Source: Promethearchaeota archaeon (lineage in GTDB: Archaea; Asgardarchaeota; Lokiarchaeia; Sigyniarchaeales; SOKP01). From it: 64,000 bases of DNA. The position numbers were made by a program, and so were the translations under genes. The notes under the pieces are model-generated. The model was not told where the DNA came from. It ran no database searches and was given only the letters and a program-made list of their open reading frames with translations. The DNA lies in NCBI GenBank assembly GCA_019057795.1, contig JAHLWS010000034.1, positions 1 through 64,000 on the forward strand, in the 5' to 3' direction. Positions 47,309 to 57,394 of this stretch are shown one piece after another. The number at the start of each line of letters is the position of its first letter. Position 1 is the stretch's first letter.

Positions 47309-47748
47309 CTATAATAAAGCTAAGCTTAAAAACATAAAAAACATTCCTGCTATAATTCCGAAAATGGATAGATGTTCGTTTCCAAAGATGCGAGAAGCGG
47401 GTAATAATTCATCTAACGAAATATAGACCATAAATCCACCAACAATTGCTAACATCGCTCCTAATAAAAAATCATTGATAAACGGAAAAAGAATTAAGCC
47501 AAAAACGAGAGCTCCTATTGGTTCACTTATTCCAGAAAAAAACGACCAAAAGAAAGCCTTTTTTCTACTATTCCTTGTTGTAATAATTCTACAAATGAAA
47601 CAAATATCATTACTCCCGCTGAAAAACCCATAATAAGTGAAATAAATTTTGAGCTAGGTTTTTTAACTAAAATCGCAATAAAACTGCCGATCGTTGTTGA
47701 AAGTCCTGCAATTAAAGTCAATCCAAGAGCAAGCACAAAAGTTTCCAT
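47309..47748 (-). pseudogene. zupT: ZupT/ZIP zinc transporter with internal deletion and frameshift
   Basis: N-terminal AGLSTTIG..GFSAGVMI.VSF.EL joined out of frame near 47570 to SRKKAF..SGISEPIGA..GFMVYISLDELLP; HNxPEG motifs absent. Confidence 0.85.
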
Positions 47749-47760
47749 TTTTAATCAATT

Positions 47761-48405
47761 TTAAAAGTTCTTTTTAATCCAATCTTCAAATTTATTTTTT
47801 CTGAGTTGTTCTGCCCAGAGTACCTTGATATTGGGCTCGTCAGGAAGCAAGTTTTGATTTTTTAAAAGTTCATAAAGTTTCTCGAGTGCTTTTTCGATTA
47901 AAATGCCGTATAGATTAGTTTTTTCTTCGTAATCACTTAGTTTCTTTTTGACTTCTTCCTTGGTATCGTTAATAACTTTTACCCAACTCTCCGCAAATTT
48001 TAAAACGTATTCTTCTATATCGTTTAAGCTTTCCATGGTAAATATTGGAAAAGTTACTATATACTTGTCTTCCTGTAATTTAACTAAATTGTACCATTCT
48101 AAATTTAATAAGTGATTTTTGATTGTTTCTTTAGTCCATTGATAATTTAATTTACATTCGTACTCTTCTTTCGATATTAACAGAGGTTTAGGTGAAAAAT
48201 TAAGATTTTCGTACAATTCCTCGAAAGTTTTTGGGCTTTTAGCAAGTATAATTAGAATTTCTCGTCTTACCTTATTATCCAAAACCCATGGAACTTCTGA
48301 TTCGTCCCAAGGTTGCGTTGTCCCAAAATCAAACCAAGGTTTAATCTCGTCGACGTTAATTTTCCCTCTAAAACGGTAATTCTGGTACTTCGTGTTCTCT
48401 TTCAT
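47761..48405 (-). CDS. Winged-helix (ArsR-like) domain protein
   Basis: LDNKVRREILIILAKSPKTFEEL...IKNHLLNLEWYNLV. Confidence 0.6.
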   Translation of the reverse strand: MKENTKYQNYRFRGKINVDEIKPWFDFGTTQPWDESEVPWVLDNKVRREILIILAKSPKTFEELYENLNFSPKPLLISKEEYECKLNYQWTKETIKNHLLNLEWYNLVKLQEDKYIVTFPIFTMESLNDIEEYVLKFAESWVKVINDTKEEVKKKLSDYEEKTNLYGILIEKALEKLYELLKNQNLLPDEPNIKVLWAEQLRKNKFEDWIKKNF

Positions 48406-48459
48406 TCTTTCCTCCTTCCTTCTGACATTAATATTTATCCATCTAAAATTAAATCTTCC

Positions 48460-48978
48460 CTATAATACTTCAAGTATTTCTGGGAGCAAGAGCCATCCTT
48501 TTTTTTCGTGGATAACATTTCCTTGTTCGTCAATAACAAATTGTCCTGGACCTTGTTTCTCCCAACCTTCAAACTCACCGTGTTCAAGTCCTAACTTCGC
48601 TGCTTCTTTCAATTTACTTCTAACTTTTGTTACCGCTCCAGCGGTCATTAATCCTAATCCGTATTCTGCGTATAATTCGTCTTTTGTTGAAGGTATTACA
48701 GGAAAGTCAATTTTATATTTTTCAATAAACTCTTTAGCGACTTTTTCACCAGATTGAGTTACATAAAGCAATTTTGCTCCTTTACTTTTAATTTCAGCGA
48801 CTTTTTCCATTAATATATTCAAATCCAATTGACAAATTGGACATCCAAAGTATCTTGAGAAAATCAAGATAATCTTTTGTTTTCCTATTAATTCTCCTAA
48901 TTCAATTGTTCCAGCATTGTAGGAATCTATTTTGAACAGAGGAGCTTTATCTCCTTCCTTTATTTTGTTTTTACCCAT
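48460..48978 (-). CDS. AhpC/TSA-like redoxin (peroxiredoxin-like, CxxC)
   Basis: GDKAPLF, FSRYFGCPIC and PGQFVID motifs. Confidence 0.85.
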   Translation of the reverse strand: MGKNKIKEGDKAPLFKIDSYNAGTIELGELIGKQKIILIFSRYFGCPICQLDLNILMEKVAEIKSKGAKLLYVTQSGEKVAKEFIEKYKIDFPVIPSTKDELYAEYGLGLMTAGAVTKVRSKLKEAAKLGLEHGEFEGWEKQGPGQFVIDEQGNVIHEKKGWLLLPEILEVL

Positions 48979-49045
48979 TTTTCATTTTCACTTTTTTTTA
49001 TTTTTTTTAATTTATTAGGTTAGTATTACCTTACATTTGATTTAT

Positions 49046-50017
49046 TTATAATTTTACTTCCTCTTGAAGCATTGCTTCTATAAGAACATCTGTAGCTTCT
49101 TCCTCGGATAAACCCTTAGCCATAAGCTCATCTAACCATTTTTGTGGAAACCTTCCTAAAGAAGCTTCGTGCGAAACGCTTGAAGTTGGGTCAGTAGCTC
49201 TAATGAAAGGCCGGGCTCTACATATTGAACCATGTCCGAGAACAATCTCACTACATTCAACGTGACCGTTACAATAAGGCGCATTTCCTTCTGTAATTCC
49301 GTACATTAAAACTTCCCCTCCATCCTTTGCGGCAGCTTTCATTTTAATAACGCTTCTAGCATTTTCGCCTTCAAGAAAAACTGAATCTCGAATTCTTATA
49401 GAGTCTTTAATATTTTTTCCAAAAGCTTTAATATTTGATCTAATAACGCTATTCTTCATTGCGTAAATGTCAATTAATATTTTAACCCTACCAGGAGTTC
49501 CTTTAGTAAGGTTAAAATTATTTTCGAAGACGCTATTTTCTCCAACATATATATAGGTTACTGGAGCAACTAAAGCCCCACTCTTTTCACCATGGTAATG
49601 AGTTTCACTATATGTAAAGTTACAATTTTTACCTATGTAATAATGACCAAACATTTTATGAATTAACCCGTTTGCGTTTGGAAAACTACAGTGAGCTTGG
49701 ATCTTTACATCTGTATTATCTTCGGCTATAATTCTTGGAAAAATTTCTTGAACTCCGGTCTCCTTATTTATTCCAAAACATAAGTGAATAGGTTCTTCAA
49801 GCTTCGTTCCTTCTTTTATAACTATATCAGCAACTATTCCATTTGTAATTTCGCGCCCCTTTATTATTATACCCTCAACTTGTTCGATCCCTGATATTTT
49901 GTTAAAATCTAATAAGAGTTTGGCGCCTTTGCCGTGACCAGGTAAAAAGTCTCGAATATCTATGTTATAATCTTCAAGACTTTGTAATATATCTTCAGGA
50001 TAATCGCTGTTTTTCAT
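49046..50017 (-). CDS. sufB: SufB/SufD-family scaffold (SmsB-like)
   Basis: PIHLCFG, AHCSFP, GHVECSEIV and HEASLG motifs; KGLSEEEA. Confidence 0.85.
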   Translation of the reverse strand: MKNSDYPEDILQSLEDYNIDIRDFLPGHGKGAKLLLDFNKISGIEQVEGIIIKGREITNGIVADIVIKEGTKLEEPIHLCFGINKETGVQEIFPRIIAEDNTDVKIQAHCSFPNANGLIHKMFGHYYIGKNCNFTYSETHYHGEKSGALVAPVTYIYVGENSVFENNFNLTKGTPGRVKILIDIYAMKNSVIRSNIKAFGKNIKDSIRIRDSVFLEGENARSVIKMKAAAKDGGEVLMYGITEGNAPYCNGHVECSEIVLGHGSICRARPFIRATDPTSSVSHEASLGRFPQKWLDELMAKGLSEEEATDVLIEAMLQEEVKL

Positions 50018-50811
50018 GACAAACCCTCTTCTTTAAATATTCTATCAATATAATCGTCATCAAAGCATACTGCTCCATTTTTGAACAAAGTTCTTTTGCA
50101 AAACTCTTTAAGTCCTGCTTTAGCACAATATCTAAGCATTACCTTCGGAAACACATCAGTAATAATATGGTCGCCACGCCATAACAATGTTCCATAATCT
50201 GCTACCATTCCAATGACCTCTCTATGGGTGATTAGTAAAATTGTCATATCTAAATCTTTAATTTTATTAAAGATATTCCAGAAATCTTCTGTAATTATCA
50301 CATCTAAACCAGAATCTGGCTCATCCAGAATAACTAAGCGAGGCTGCATTGCTATTGCTGTTGCTAATTCAATTCTCTTACGTTCTCCTCCACTTAAAGA
50401 ATCATCAATAAAACGATCTAAGTATCTTTCTGGTTCTAAATTAACTGTTTGAAGGACTTCCTTTACTTTCTCTTTAATTTTTGACTTTTCTTTCATGCCC
50501 AATGAGATATATTTTGCGATGGATAACCCTTCGATTCGTGCTGGCTCCTGCCATGCCAATGTAATCCCCAATTTAGCACGTTCTGTAATTGTTTTGCCCG
50601 TAATATCTTGCCCGTCAAAAAGAATCTTTCCACTGGTTAGTTTATAATTCGTTAAGCCCATAATGGCATATGCTAAAGTCGATTTCCCAGAACCGTTTGG
50701 TCCTATGATAGAGTGAATAGATCCTTCCTTTACTCCAAAGGTAACGTTATTAACTATTATTCTTTTATTATCAAACGTAGGGATAGTAATATTCTTTAAT
50801 TCTAGAAGCAT
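50014..50811 (-). CDS. sufC: SufC-type ABC ATPase (SmsC-like) with C-terminal Cys residues
   Basis: GPNGSGKST, LAWQEP, LSGGERKR and LDEPDSG motifs; start set at ATG 50811 by comparison with the partial duplicate. Confidence 0.9.
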   Translation of the reverse strand: MLLELKNITIPTFDNKRIIVNNVTFGVKEGSIHSIIGPNGSGKSTLAYAIMGLTNYKLTSGKILFDGQDITGKTITERAKLGITLAWQEPARIEGLSIAKYISLGMKEKSKIKEKVKEVLQTVNLEPERYLDRFIDDSLSGGERKRIELATAIAMQPRLVILDEPDSGLDVIITEDFWNIFNKIKDLDMTILLITHREVIGMVADYGTLLWRGDHIITDVFPKVMLRYCAKAGLKEFCKRTLFKNGAVCFDDDYIDRIFKEEGLS

Positions 50812-50922
50812 CTTTGTGAATGTTTGAAAATTATTACATATAATAATACTATAATTATTAATAGATTTGTTATAGAAAATTGATTCACTAAGTATTATAG
50901 TTATTATCAATTTAAAAATAAA

Positions 50923-51075
50923 ATGATAAAAAGAAGTGTAAGCATTGGCAAAAAAGGTATAGGATTGGTCGGACCAATCGTAGCCAATGCATTAATTGAT
51001 CAAATATTAGACATTAAAAAGATTGCCTTTTCCTCAAAGATTAAACTTTTCACGGCATATCAGTGGAATTGTTAA
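50923..51075 (+). pseudogene. Fragment of a PAC2-family gene (partial copy of 52123..52917)
   Basis: GIGLVGPIVANALIDQILDIKKIAF vs GIGLIGPIVSNALIKQIPDIVEIGF. Confidence 0.75.
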
Positions 51076-51462
51076 GGCAGAACCATCGTTAAATTTAAAA
51101 TGTTTGCCGACAGCAAATTTCTCAAGTTTTTTTTCCCATATAAAATTTTTAGCGCTCTCTGTAATTGTGATGGCTTTTGTCAGCGGATCGCTGTCTTCGC
51201 AGACAATTTTATATAAATCAACCAAGGAACCTGAATTTAAACCAACTTTATCTAACTCTGCTTCGAGATCCGAGGCGTAAGAAAGAAAATTCACCGCCAG
51301 CAAATAACCGCCTGACGTATGGAACACCCTGCCATCATCGCTTTCCACATCTTCGCTAAAAACTAAATAGTTGGTTCCGCTAACATCTCTTCCGCCCAAC
51401 AAAAAGGACATCAAATCGTGATACTCGTTATTGGACTGCACGAAGTAAAGCCAATCTACCAT
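51034..51462 (-). CDS. Hypothetical protein
   Basis: 142-aa ORF with ATG start and GGAG SD-like motif; visibly more GC-rich than its flanks. Confidence 0.65.
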   Translation of the reverse strand: MVDWLYFVQSNNEYHDLMSFLLGGRDVSGTNYLVFSEDVESDDGRVFHTSGGYLLAVNFLSYASDLEAELDKVGLNSGSLVDLYKIVCEDSDPLTKAITITESAKNFIWEKKLEKFAVGKHFKFNDGSALTIPLICREKFNL

Positions 51463-51502
51463 AAATTTTATTCCTCCACTATAATAATAAAAAAATAAGT
51501 AT

Positions 51503-51871
51503 TTAAAGTTTTAAAGCTTCAACGACTTTTTCTCTTATTTTTGATTTGTCTTTCATACCTAAGGAAACATATTTATGGACAGATAAACCGTCGATTCTCG
51601 CGGGTTCTTGCCATGCTAATGTAATTCCAAGCCTTGCTCTTTCAGTTATACTCAGATTAGTAATGTCGATCCCATCGAAAAATATTTTTCCTTTTGACGC
51701 TTTATAATCCCCCAATCCCATAATTGTATATGCTAAAGTCGATTTACCGGAACCGTTTGGTCCCATGATAGCGTGAATCGAACCTTCTTTAATTCCAAAA
51801 GAAACTTCATTTACAATGACGCACTTCTGGTCAAGAGTTGGAATTGTTACTTCCTTAAGTTCTAATAGCAA
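51503..51871 (-). pseudogene. Truncated second copy of sufC (N-terminal third to half)
   Basis: Highly similar to the N-terminus of 50014..50811 (GPNGSGKST, LAWQEPAR) but stops before the signature and Walker B motifs. Confidence 0.85.
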
Positions 51872-52122
51872 TTAAAAATCCTCGAAATGTGATTATATTT
51901 ATTATAATCTTATAATTCGTCAAATTTTTAATATTTTATTTAAAAAATGGGAATATCTGTTTTTTTGAAAAGTTAGCTAGTTCAAATCATTAACGATTCA
52001 TAATAGGTTAATTTTAATATTGATCTGTTTATAATTATATAATGTAAGACTTCAAATTGATAATTGAAAAACCAAATTAAAAAAAAAATTAAAATAATAT
52101 TATAATCAAATAGGAGATAAGT

Positions 52123-52917
52123 ATGGTAAAAAAGGAATATATATGCGACAAGGGTAAGAGAAGCGCAATTATTATAGAAGACCTTAGAACTGAAATAAAA
52201 GAAGGGGCTACAATGATTCTGGGGTTTGCAGGGATTGGTCTCATTGGACCAATTGTATCCAACGCGTTAATTAAGCAAATCCCTGATATAGTTGAAATAG
52301 GATTTATCACAAGCGATTATCTCCCTCCTATAAGCGTTTTTTACGAAGGCGTGCTAAAACATCCATTCAGAATCTATTATTCCCCTAAACATAACTTAAT
52401 TGTTGGAGTCTCAGAAGTACCGTTTCAAGTTTCAACAGCTTATAACGACTTATCTAAAACTATAAATCACTGGTTATTATCTGACGATGTAAAAGCTAAG
52501 GAAGTTGTGATTTTCCAAGGGATACCTCAGCGTGGAATTATTGATAAATATCCAATATATTATGCCGCTGAAGCAGATATGGTCGACACTTTGGAGAAAT
52601 ATGGAATTAAGAAAGTAGAGAAGGGCATCATCGTAGGTCCAGAAGCAACCATATTAAACGAAGCTTTATCAAATAAATTAAAAGCGTACGCCTTATTTGC
52701 TCCCGTGTTAGAAATACCAACACCAGAAGCTGGCGCAGCAATACTAGAGGTGTTAAATGAAATTTATGGTTTAAACATAGAAACATCCAAATTAATTGAG
52801 GAAGGGAAAGAGATTAAAGCAAAAATGCTCGAGCTAGCTGAAAAAGCGCAACAATACCAAAAACAACAACAATTACCGGAATACCCTAAAGAAGGATACA
52901 ATCGATACTTTCAATAA
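52123..52917 (+). CDS. PAC2-family proteasome assembly chaperone (PbaB-like)
   Basis: GFAGIGLIG, LPP, PFRIY, PTPEAGA; C-terminus RYFQ. Confidence 0.85.
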   Translation: MVKKEYICDKGKRSAIIIEDLRTEIKEGATMILGFAGIGLIGPIVSNALIKQIPDIVEIGFITSDYLPPISVFYEGVLKHPFRIYYSPKHNLIVGVSEVPFQVSTAYNDLSKTINHWLLSDDVKAKEVVIFQGIPQRGIIDKYPIYYAAEADMVDTLEKYGIKKVEKGIIVGPEATILNEALSNKLKAYALFAPVLEIPTPEAGAAILEVLNEIYGLNIETSKLIEEGKEIKAKMLELAEKAQQYQKQQQLPEYPKEGYNRYFQ

Positions 52918-53082
52918 AAAAAAAATGTAAATCTAATTTTGTTATTAATCAAATTTTTTCTACTATTTTTATTAGGTATCGTGTTAAAGTTAGGTAATAA
53001 TAATTTATAAAAACTAATTTTATTATTCTTGGACAATTTTTCTTAGTGATTCAACAGTAACAGTAATAAGAGGTAAATTTTC

Positions 53083-53538
53083 ATTAAGGAAAAATTCATT
53101 CCGGTTCAAATTGATCAAGAACTTTGTTTAAGGTGTGAACGGTGCCTACACGCTTGCAGAGCTAACGCTATTTATTTCGAACATGGAATACGAAAAGTTG
53201 ATTATACTAAATGCAAAGGATGCTTATCATGTGTTCAAGTCTGTCCGAGAAATGCAATAGAGGTTACATCCATTACTCATCCAGACCAAATCGTTAGCAT
53301 AAAAATTGACCACGAAAAGTGTACGATGTGCGAACAATGCCTTGCTGAGAACGGCAATTTCTGCCCTCAAAACTTATTTTATAAAGATATTGTAAAGAAG
53401 GTTGGCAGAGAAGAATTAGGTATTAGATTTAAGTTTACGGAAATTGCAAAATGCCAAGGTTGTTTTAAATGCGAATTGTCTTGTCCTGAAGGGGCTATCA
53501 AACCCATTAAATACGAATTCCAACAATTTGTATCGTAA
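53083..53538 (+). CDS. Polyferredoxin, four [4Fe-4S] motifs (probable ATT start)
   Basis: CLRCERCLHAC, CKGCLSCVQVCP, CTMCEQC..CP and CQGCFKCELSCP in one frame; the ORF track captured only the last 70 aa. Confidence 0.88.
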   Translation: MKEKFIPVQIDQELCLRCERCLHACRANAIYFEHGIRKVDYTKCKGCLSCVQVCPRNAIEVTSITHPDQIVSIKIDHEKCTMCEQCLAENGNFCPQNLFYKDIVKKVGREELGIRFKFTEIAKCQGCFKCELSCPEGAIKPIKYEFQQFVS

Positions 53539-53542
53539 CCTT

Positions 53543-54097
53543 TTACGCTTTTTCTTTAATTTTTTGAATGATAAGAATATTAATTTCGGAAAAATCAGAA
53601 ATTACTACAGTACCTTCCATGTTCTTTAATTTTTTAATGTTCTCTAGTTCAATATCTCTGATTTTCAGCACTAATGGCGTTCCATCGGGCCGAGAAGTAA
53701 CAATTGGCTCAGCATCTTGATCTGAAGGAAAAATGTAAACTATTTGGCCTCCTTTAATAGCTTGAGCCACGCAGTTAGTAATTAGAGTGTCTGCTATCCC
53801 GCATGCAATTTTAGCGATAGTATTTGCAGAAACTGGAGCAACTAAAAATAAATCGTACTTGCCAAGCTGTAAGGGTCCCGCATAAAATGGGATATTTGGG
53901 GTTTTTTCTACTTTAACCTTTTCAACTGCTTTAGTTAGAGCTAACCACATTTTATACCACTTGACAACCGCCGCACCTTCCTTTGATAAAATTACAGTTA
54001 TATCAATATCATGATTATTTTGCAAATCAACCATTAAATCAATTAACTCTTGAAGTATATAACCCGTGCCAGTTATACCCCATATTAACTTAAACAA
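53543..54097 (-). CDS. afpA: Archaeoflavoprotein (AfpA/DmrX-like, HFCD flavoprotein family)
   Basis: WGITGTG, APVSANTIAKIACGIADTLITN and PSDQ motifs. Confidence 0.75.
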   Translation of the reverse strand: MFKLIWGITGTGYILQELIDLMVDLQNNHDIDITVILSKEGAAVVKWYKMWLALTKAVEKVKVEKTPNIPFYAGPLQLGKYDLFLVAPVSANTIAKIACGIADTLITNCVAQAIKGGQIVYIFPSDQDAEPIVTSRPDGTPLVLKIRDIELENIKKLKNMEGTVVISDFSEINILIIQKIKEKA

Positions 54098-54321
54098 TTA
54101 ACTTTCATCTCTTTCAAAACTAAATTTCAAATAAAAATTTGATTAATTTAAATAATTAAATACTTTTGATATTTGTTAGGTAAATTTTCAGCTCATTGAA
54201 ATATATTTAGATTCTAATAAAAATTGGTCTACTCTTTTTTTAAATTGTATATAAAATTATTAAAAATATTAAAATAGATACTTAAAATAATTTTAAACGC
54301 ATTAAAATAAGGGGTAATTCT

Positions 54322-55260
54322 ATGGAATACGCAATTGAGACTTCCAATTTAAAAAAATATTTTGGCGATATCCACGCCGTTGATGGAATTGATTTAAAAA
54401 TTCCAAAAGGGTACTTATATGGCGTACTTGGGCCAAATGGTGCTGGAAAGTCGACGATAATTCGAATATTATCTGCAATTCTTTACCCAACGGACGGAGA
54501 GGCTACGGTTTTAGGATTTAATCTAAGAAAAGAAGCAAGTGAGATAAAAAAAAGAATTGGTGTATGTCCGCAAGAACTAGTAATTTATCCTCGTTTAACA
54601 GCAAGAGAAAATATTCATCTTATTGCTCAAATGCATGGTATTATTAAAAAAGATTATAAAGAACGCACTGATGATTTACTTGGAAGGATGAATCTATTGG
54701 ATCGAGCTGATTCTTTATCCAAGACTTATTCGGGTGGAATGAAACGAAGATTAAATGTATTAATGGCTGTAATTCACGAACCAGAGTTACTTTTTTTTGA
54801 TGAACCTACAGCTGGTTTGGATCCGCAATCACGACGAGTTGTATGGGATTTCATTAAAGAGTTCCAAGAAAGAGATTGCACAATAATCTTAACAACCCAT
54901 AACATGGAGGAGGCTGATGATCTCTCAGATGAACTGCTTATAATTGACTATGGAAAAATCATTGCCCAAGGCACCCCAAGTGAATTAAAAGGAAAGCTAG
55001 GGGAGGGAGATATAATAGAGTTCAAGGTTAGAGATCCAAAAAATAGAAATGAGATAATTGAACGAGCAAAATCACTAAGTTTTGTACGCTGGGGAAAAAA
55101 ACTGGGTAAACATCGAATAGTTATAAACGCTCTTGATGGTTTAAGACGCATCTCTGATATTATGGACGTTGTTAAAGTTGAAATGGAGGATATATCTGTT
55201 CGTACAAATACTTTAGAAGATATTTTTATTGATTTAACAGGTAGGAGGTTGAGGGATTAA
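54322..55260 (+). CDS. ABC-2-type exporter ATP-binding subunit
   Basis: GPNGAGKS, YSGGMKRR, DEPTAGLD and TTH motifs. Confidence 0.92.
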   Translation: MEYAIETSNLKKYFGDIHAVDGIDLKIPKGYLYGVLGPNGAGKSTIIRILSAILYPTDGEATVLGFNLRKEASEIKKRIGVCPQELVIYPRLTARENIHLIAQMHGIIKKDYKERTDDLLGRMNLLDRADSLSKTYSGGMKRRLNVLMAVIHEPELLFFDEPTAGLDPQSRRVVWDFIKEFQERDCTIILTTHNMEEADDLSDELLIIDYGKIIAQGTPSELKGKLGEGDIIEFKVRDPKNRNEIIERAKSLSFVRWGKKLGKHRIVINALDGLRRISDIMDVVKVEMEDISVRTNTLEDIFIDLTGRRLRD

Positions 55261-56000
55261 TGGAAAATAAGATTAATAGAAGCCTAACCTTAAAACGTCT
55301 CTGGTATTTATCTATTAAAAATCTAAAAACTATGCTACGTGATAGAGCTCAATTGGTATGGTTAATAGGTTATCCAATACTATTTATGGTTTTATATAAA
55401 GTTGCTTTAGGTGTAGGTGTCTATGAATTCATGGCACCTGCTCTTATCATTATAGGTCCAACAGTCGTTATCTCGCAATTGGCAGCACATTTTGCTGAAG
55501 AAAAAGAATTAGGCACTCTTCAGAGATTAATTACTACGCCAGCTTCCCGAAGTATAATATTACTATCTGGATTATTCTCTCAGTTAATCGTGGCAGTAAT
55601 TCAAATTATCATCTTAATCCTTGCCAGTTTATTATTAGGAGCTAAATTTGATCCAAATGTTAATATAATCCTCTTATTTTTCATCCCATTTTTATTATCT
55701 TTCACATCACTTGGCTTTGGTTTACTTCTTGCATCATTTGTAAAAACTGCTGGTTCTGCTGGAGGTTTGGCTTGGTTTATTATATTACCCCTTCAATTTC
55801 TAGGTGGAATATTCGCTCACCCTCCAATTGTAGAATTCTTACCTACTACATTAGCAGTAGAAGCTTTACGCTCTGTAATGATAATGGGAAATGCAACTTT
55901 CGATGCAATTGGATTAAATTTAATTTTTGTAGGAGTTTGGGGGGTAGTAGTTATAATTATTGGAATTTTATTATTTCAACGAAAAACTGCAATTTTGTAA
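55260..56000 (+). CDS. ABC-2-type exporter permease
   Basis: Six TMs, EEKELGTLQRL.TTP motif; coupled to the ATPase gene. Confidence 0.9.
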   Translation: MENKINRSLTLKRLWYLSIKNLKTMLRDRAQLVWLIGYPILFMVLYKVALGVGVYEFMAPALIIIGPTVVISQLAAHFAEEKELGTLQRLITTPASRSIILLSGLFSQLIVAVIQIIILILASLLLGAKFDPNVNIILLFFIPFLLSFTSLGFGLLLASFVKTAGSAGGLAWFIILPLQFLGGIFAHPPIVEFLPTTLAVEALRSVMIMGNATFDAIGLNLIFVGVWGVVVIIIGILLFQRKTAIL

Positions 56001-56132
56001 TTTTTTTTTAATATTCTTATCCAATTTTTAAAGAATAAACTTTTAGTTATAAAACTTAACCATAAGAATTAATAATTTAAGAATGATAATAATTAAAATA
56101 GAAGAGTCTAAAATTATTGTTCGTGATTAATT

Positions 56133-57359
56133 ATGGATGCATCGAAGTATGTTTATCTTGATTATGCCGCGACTACGCCAATGGATCCCCGTGTGATTGA
56201 AGAAGTTAATAAACATTTCAGAGAAACGTATGGAAATTCTTCGAGTCTACATTCGATAGGTCAAAAAGCTGCTCAAACCTTAGTGAAATCTCGCCAAACT
56301 GTAGCGTCGTTAATTGACGTTCAGAGAGATGAGATATTTTTTACGTCTTCAGGGACAGAAGCGGATAATCTGGCAATATTGGGCGTTGCGTTTAAAAATA
56401 AGAGCAGAGGAAATCATATTATTACTTCTGCAATAGAGCACCATGCTGTCGAAAATGCATGTAAACAATTAGAAAAAAGAGGTTTTAAGGTAACTTTCCT
56501 ACCTGTAGATAAATCTGGCTTAATTAATTTAAAAGAGTTAGAAGATACAATCACGGACAAAACAATCCTTATCAGCGTAATGTTTGCAAACAACGAGATA
56601 GGAACTATTGAACCCATTAAAGAAATTGGAAAAATTGCTAAAAATCACGATATAATTTTCCATACGGACGCTGTTCAAGCGTTTGGTAAAGTTCCAATTG
56701 ATGTAGATGAGATGAATATAGATTTATTATCTGCTACTGCTCACAAGTTGTATGGGCCTAAAGGAGTTGGAATGCTATATATACGAAATAAAGGGATTAG
56801 AGATGGTTGGGGAAAGATCATTGAACCAATTATGTATGGCGGTGGTCACGAGCGAGATATGAGGCCAAGCACAGTAAATATTCCCGGGATCGCGGGTTTT
56901 GCAAAAGCTGTGGAAATAGCTAAAGAAGAAATGCCAAAAGAAATTGAAAGGGAAACTAAATTACGTGATAAGATTATACAAACTGTTCTTAATAATATTG
57001 AAGATTCGTATTTAAACGGACACAAATCTCAGCGATTACCTAATAATGTTAACCTGGGATTTAGATTTATCGAAGGAGAATCAATTGTTTTGGATTTAGA
57101 TGGAGAAGGAATAGCTACATCCACGGGTTCAGCTTGTTCTTCAAAATCATTAGATCCTTCTCATGTATTAATAGCTATAGGTTTGAGACCAGAAGAAGCT
57201 CATGGTTCTTTAAGGGCTACAGTTGGGAGGTTTACTACGGAAGATGATGTAGATTACTTCTTAGAAAAATTACCTCCAATTATAGAGAGACTTAGAAAAA
57301 TGTCACCTCTTAAAAAGGGTGTTGAATATATGTTTGATAAGAATAACCATCACAAATAA
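56133..57359 (+). CDS. iscS: Cysteine desulfurase (IscS/NifS/MisS type)
   Basis: YLDYAATTP, EHHAV, DAVQ, AHKLYGPKG and STGSACSS motifs. Confidence 0.93.
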   Translation: MDASKYVYLDYAATTPMDPRVIEEVNKHFRETYGNSSSLHSIGQKAAQTLVKSRQTVASLIDVQRDEIFFTSSGTEADNLAILGVAFKNKSRGNHIITSAIEHHAVENACKQLEKRGFKVTFLPVDKSGLINLKELEDTITDKTILISVMFANNEIGTIEPIKEIGKIAKNHDIIFHTDAVQAFGKVPIDVDEMNIDLLSATAHKLYGPKGVGMLYIRNKGIRDGWGKIIEPIMYGGGHERDMRPSTVNIPGIAGFAKAVEIAKEEMPKEIERETKLRDKIIQTVLNNIEDSYLNGHKSQRLPNNVNLGFRFIEGESIVLDLDGEGIATSTGSACSSKSLDPSHVLIAIGLRPEEAHGSLRATVGRFTTEDDVDYFLEKLPPIIERLRKMSPLKKGVEYMFDKNNHHK

Positions 57360-57394
57360 TTGTTTATAATTTACTAGAAAGGTTAAATTTAAAA

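Noticed and set aside
48392-48757. 121-aa plus-strand ORF and similar short antisense ORFs throughout (e.g. 1977..2243, 30022..30342, 43444..43767, 59065..59346, 61275..61478)
   Set aside because: They lie opposite well-supported genes and have shadow-like composition
50812-50910. N-terminal extension of sufC in the ORF track
   Set aside because: Low-complexity intergenic sequence; the duplicate copy starts at MLLELK
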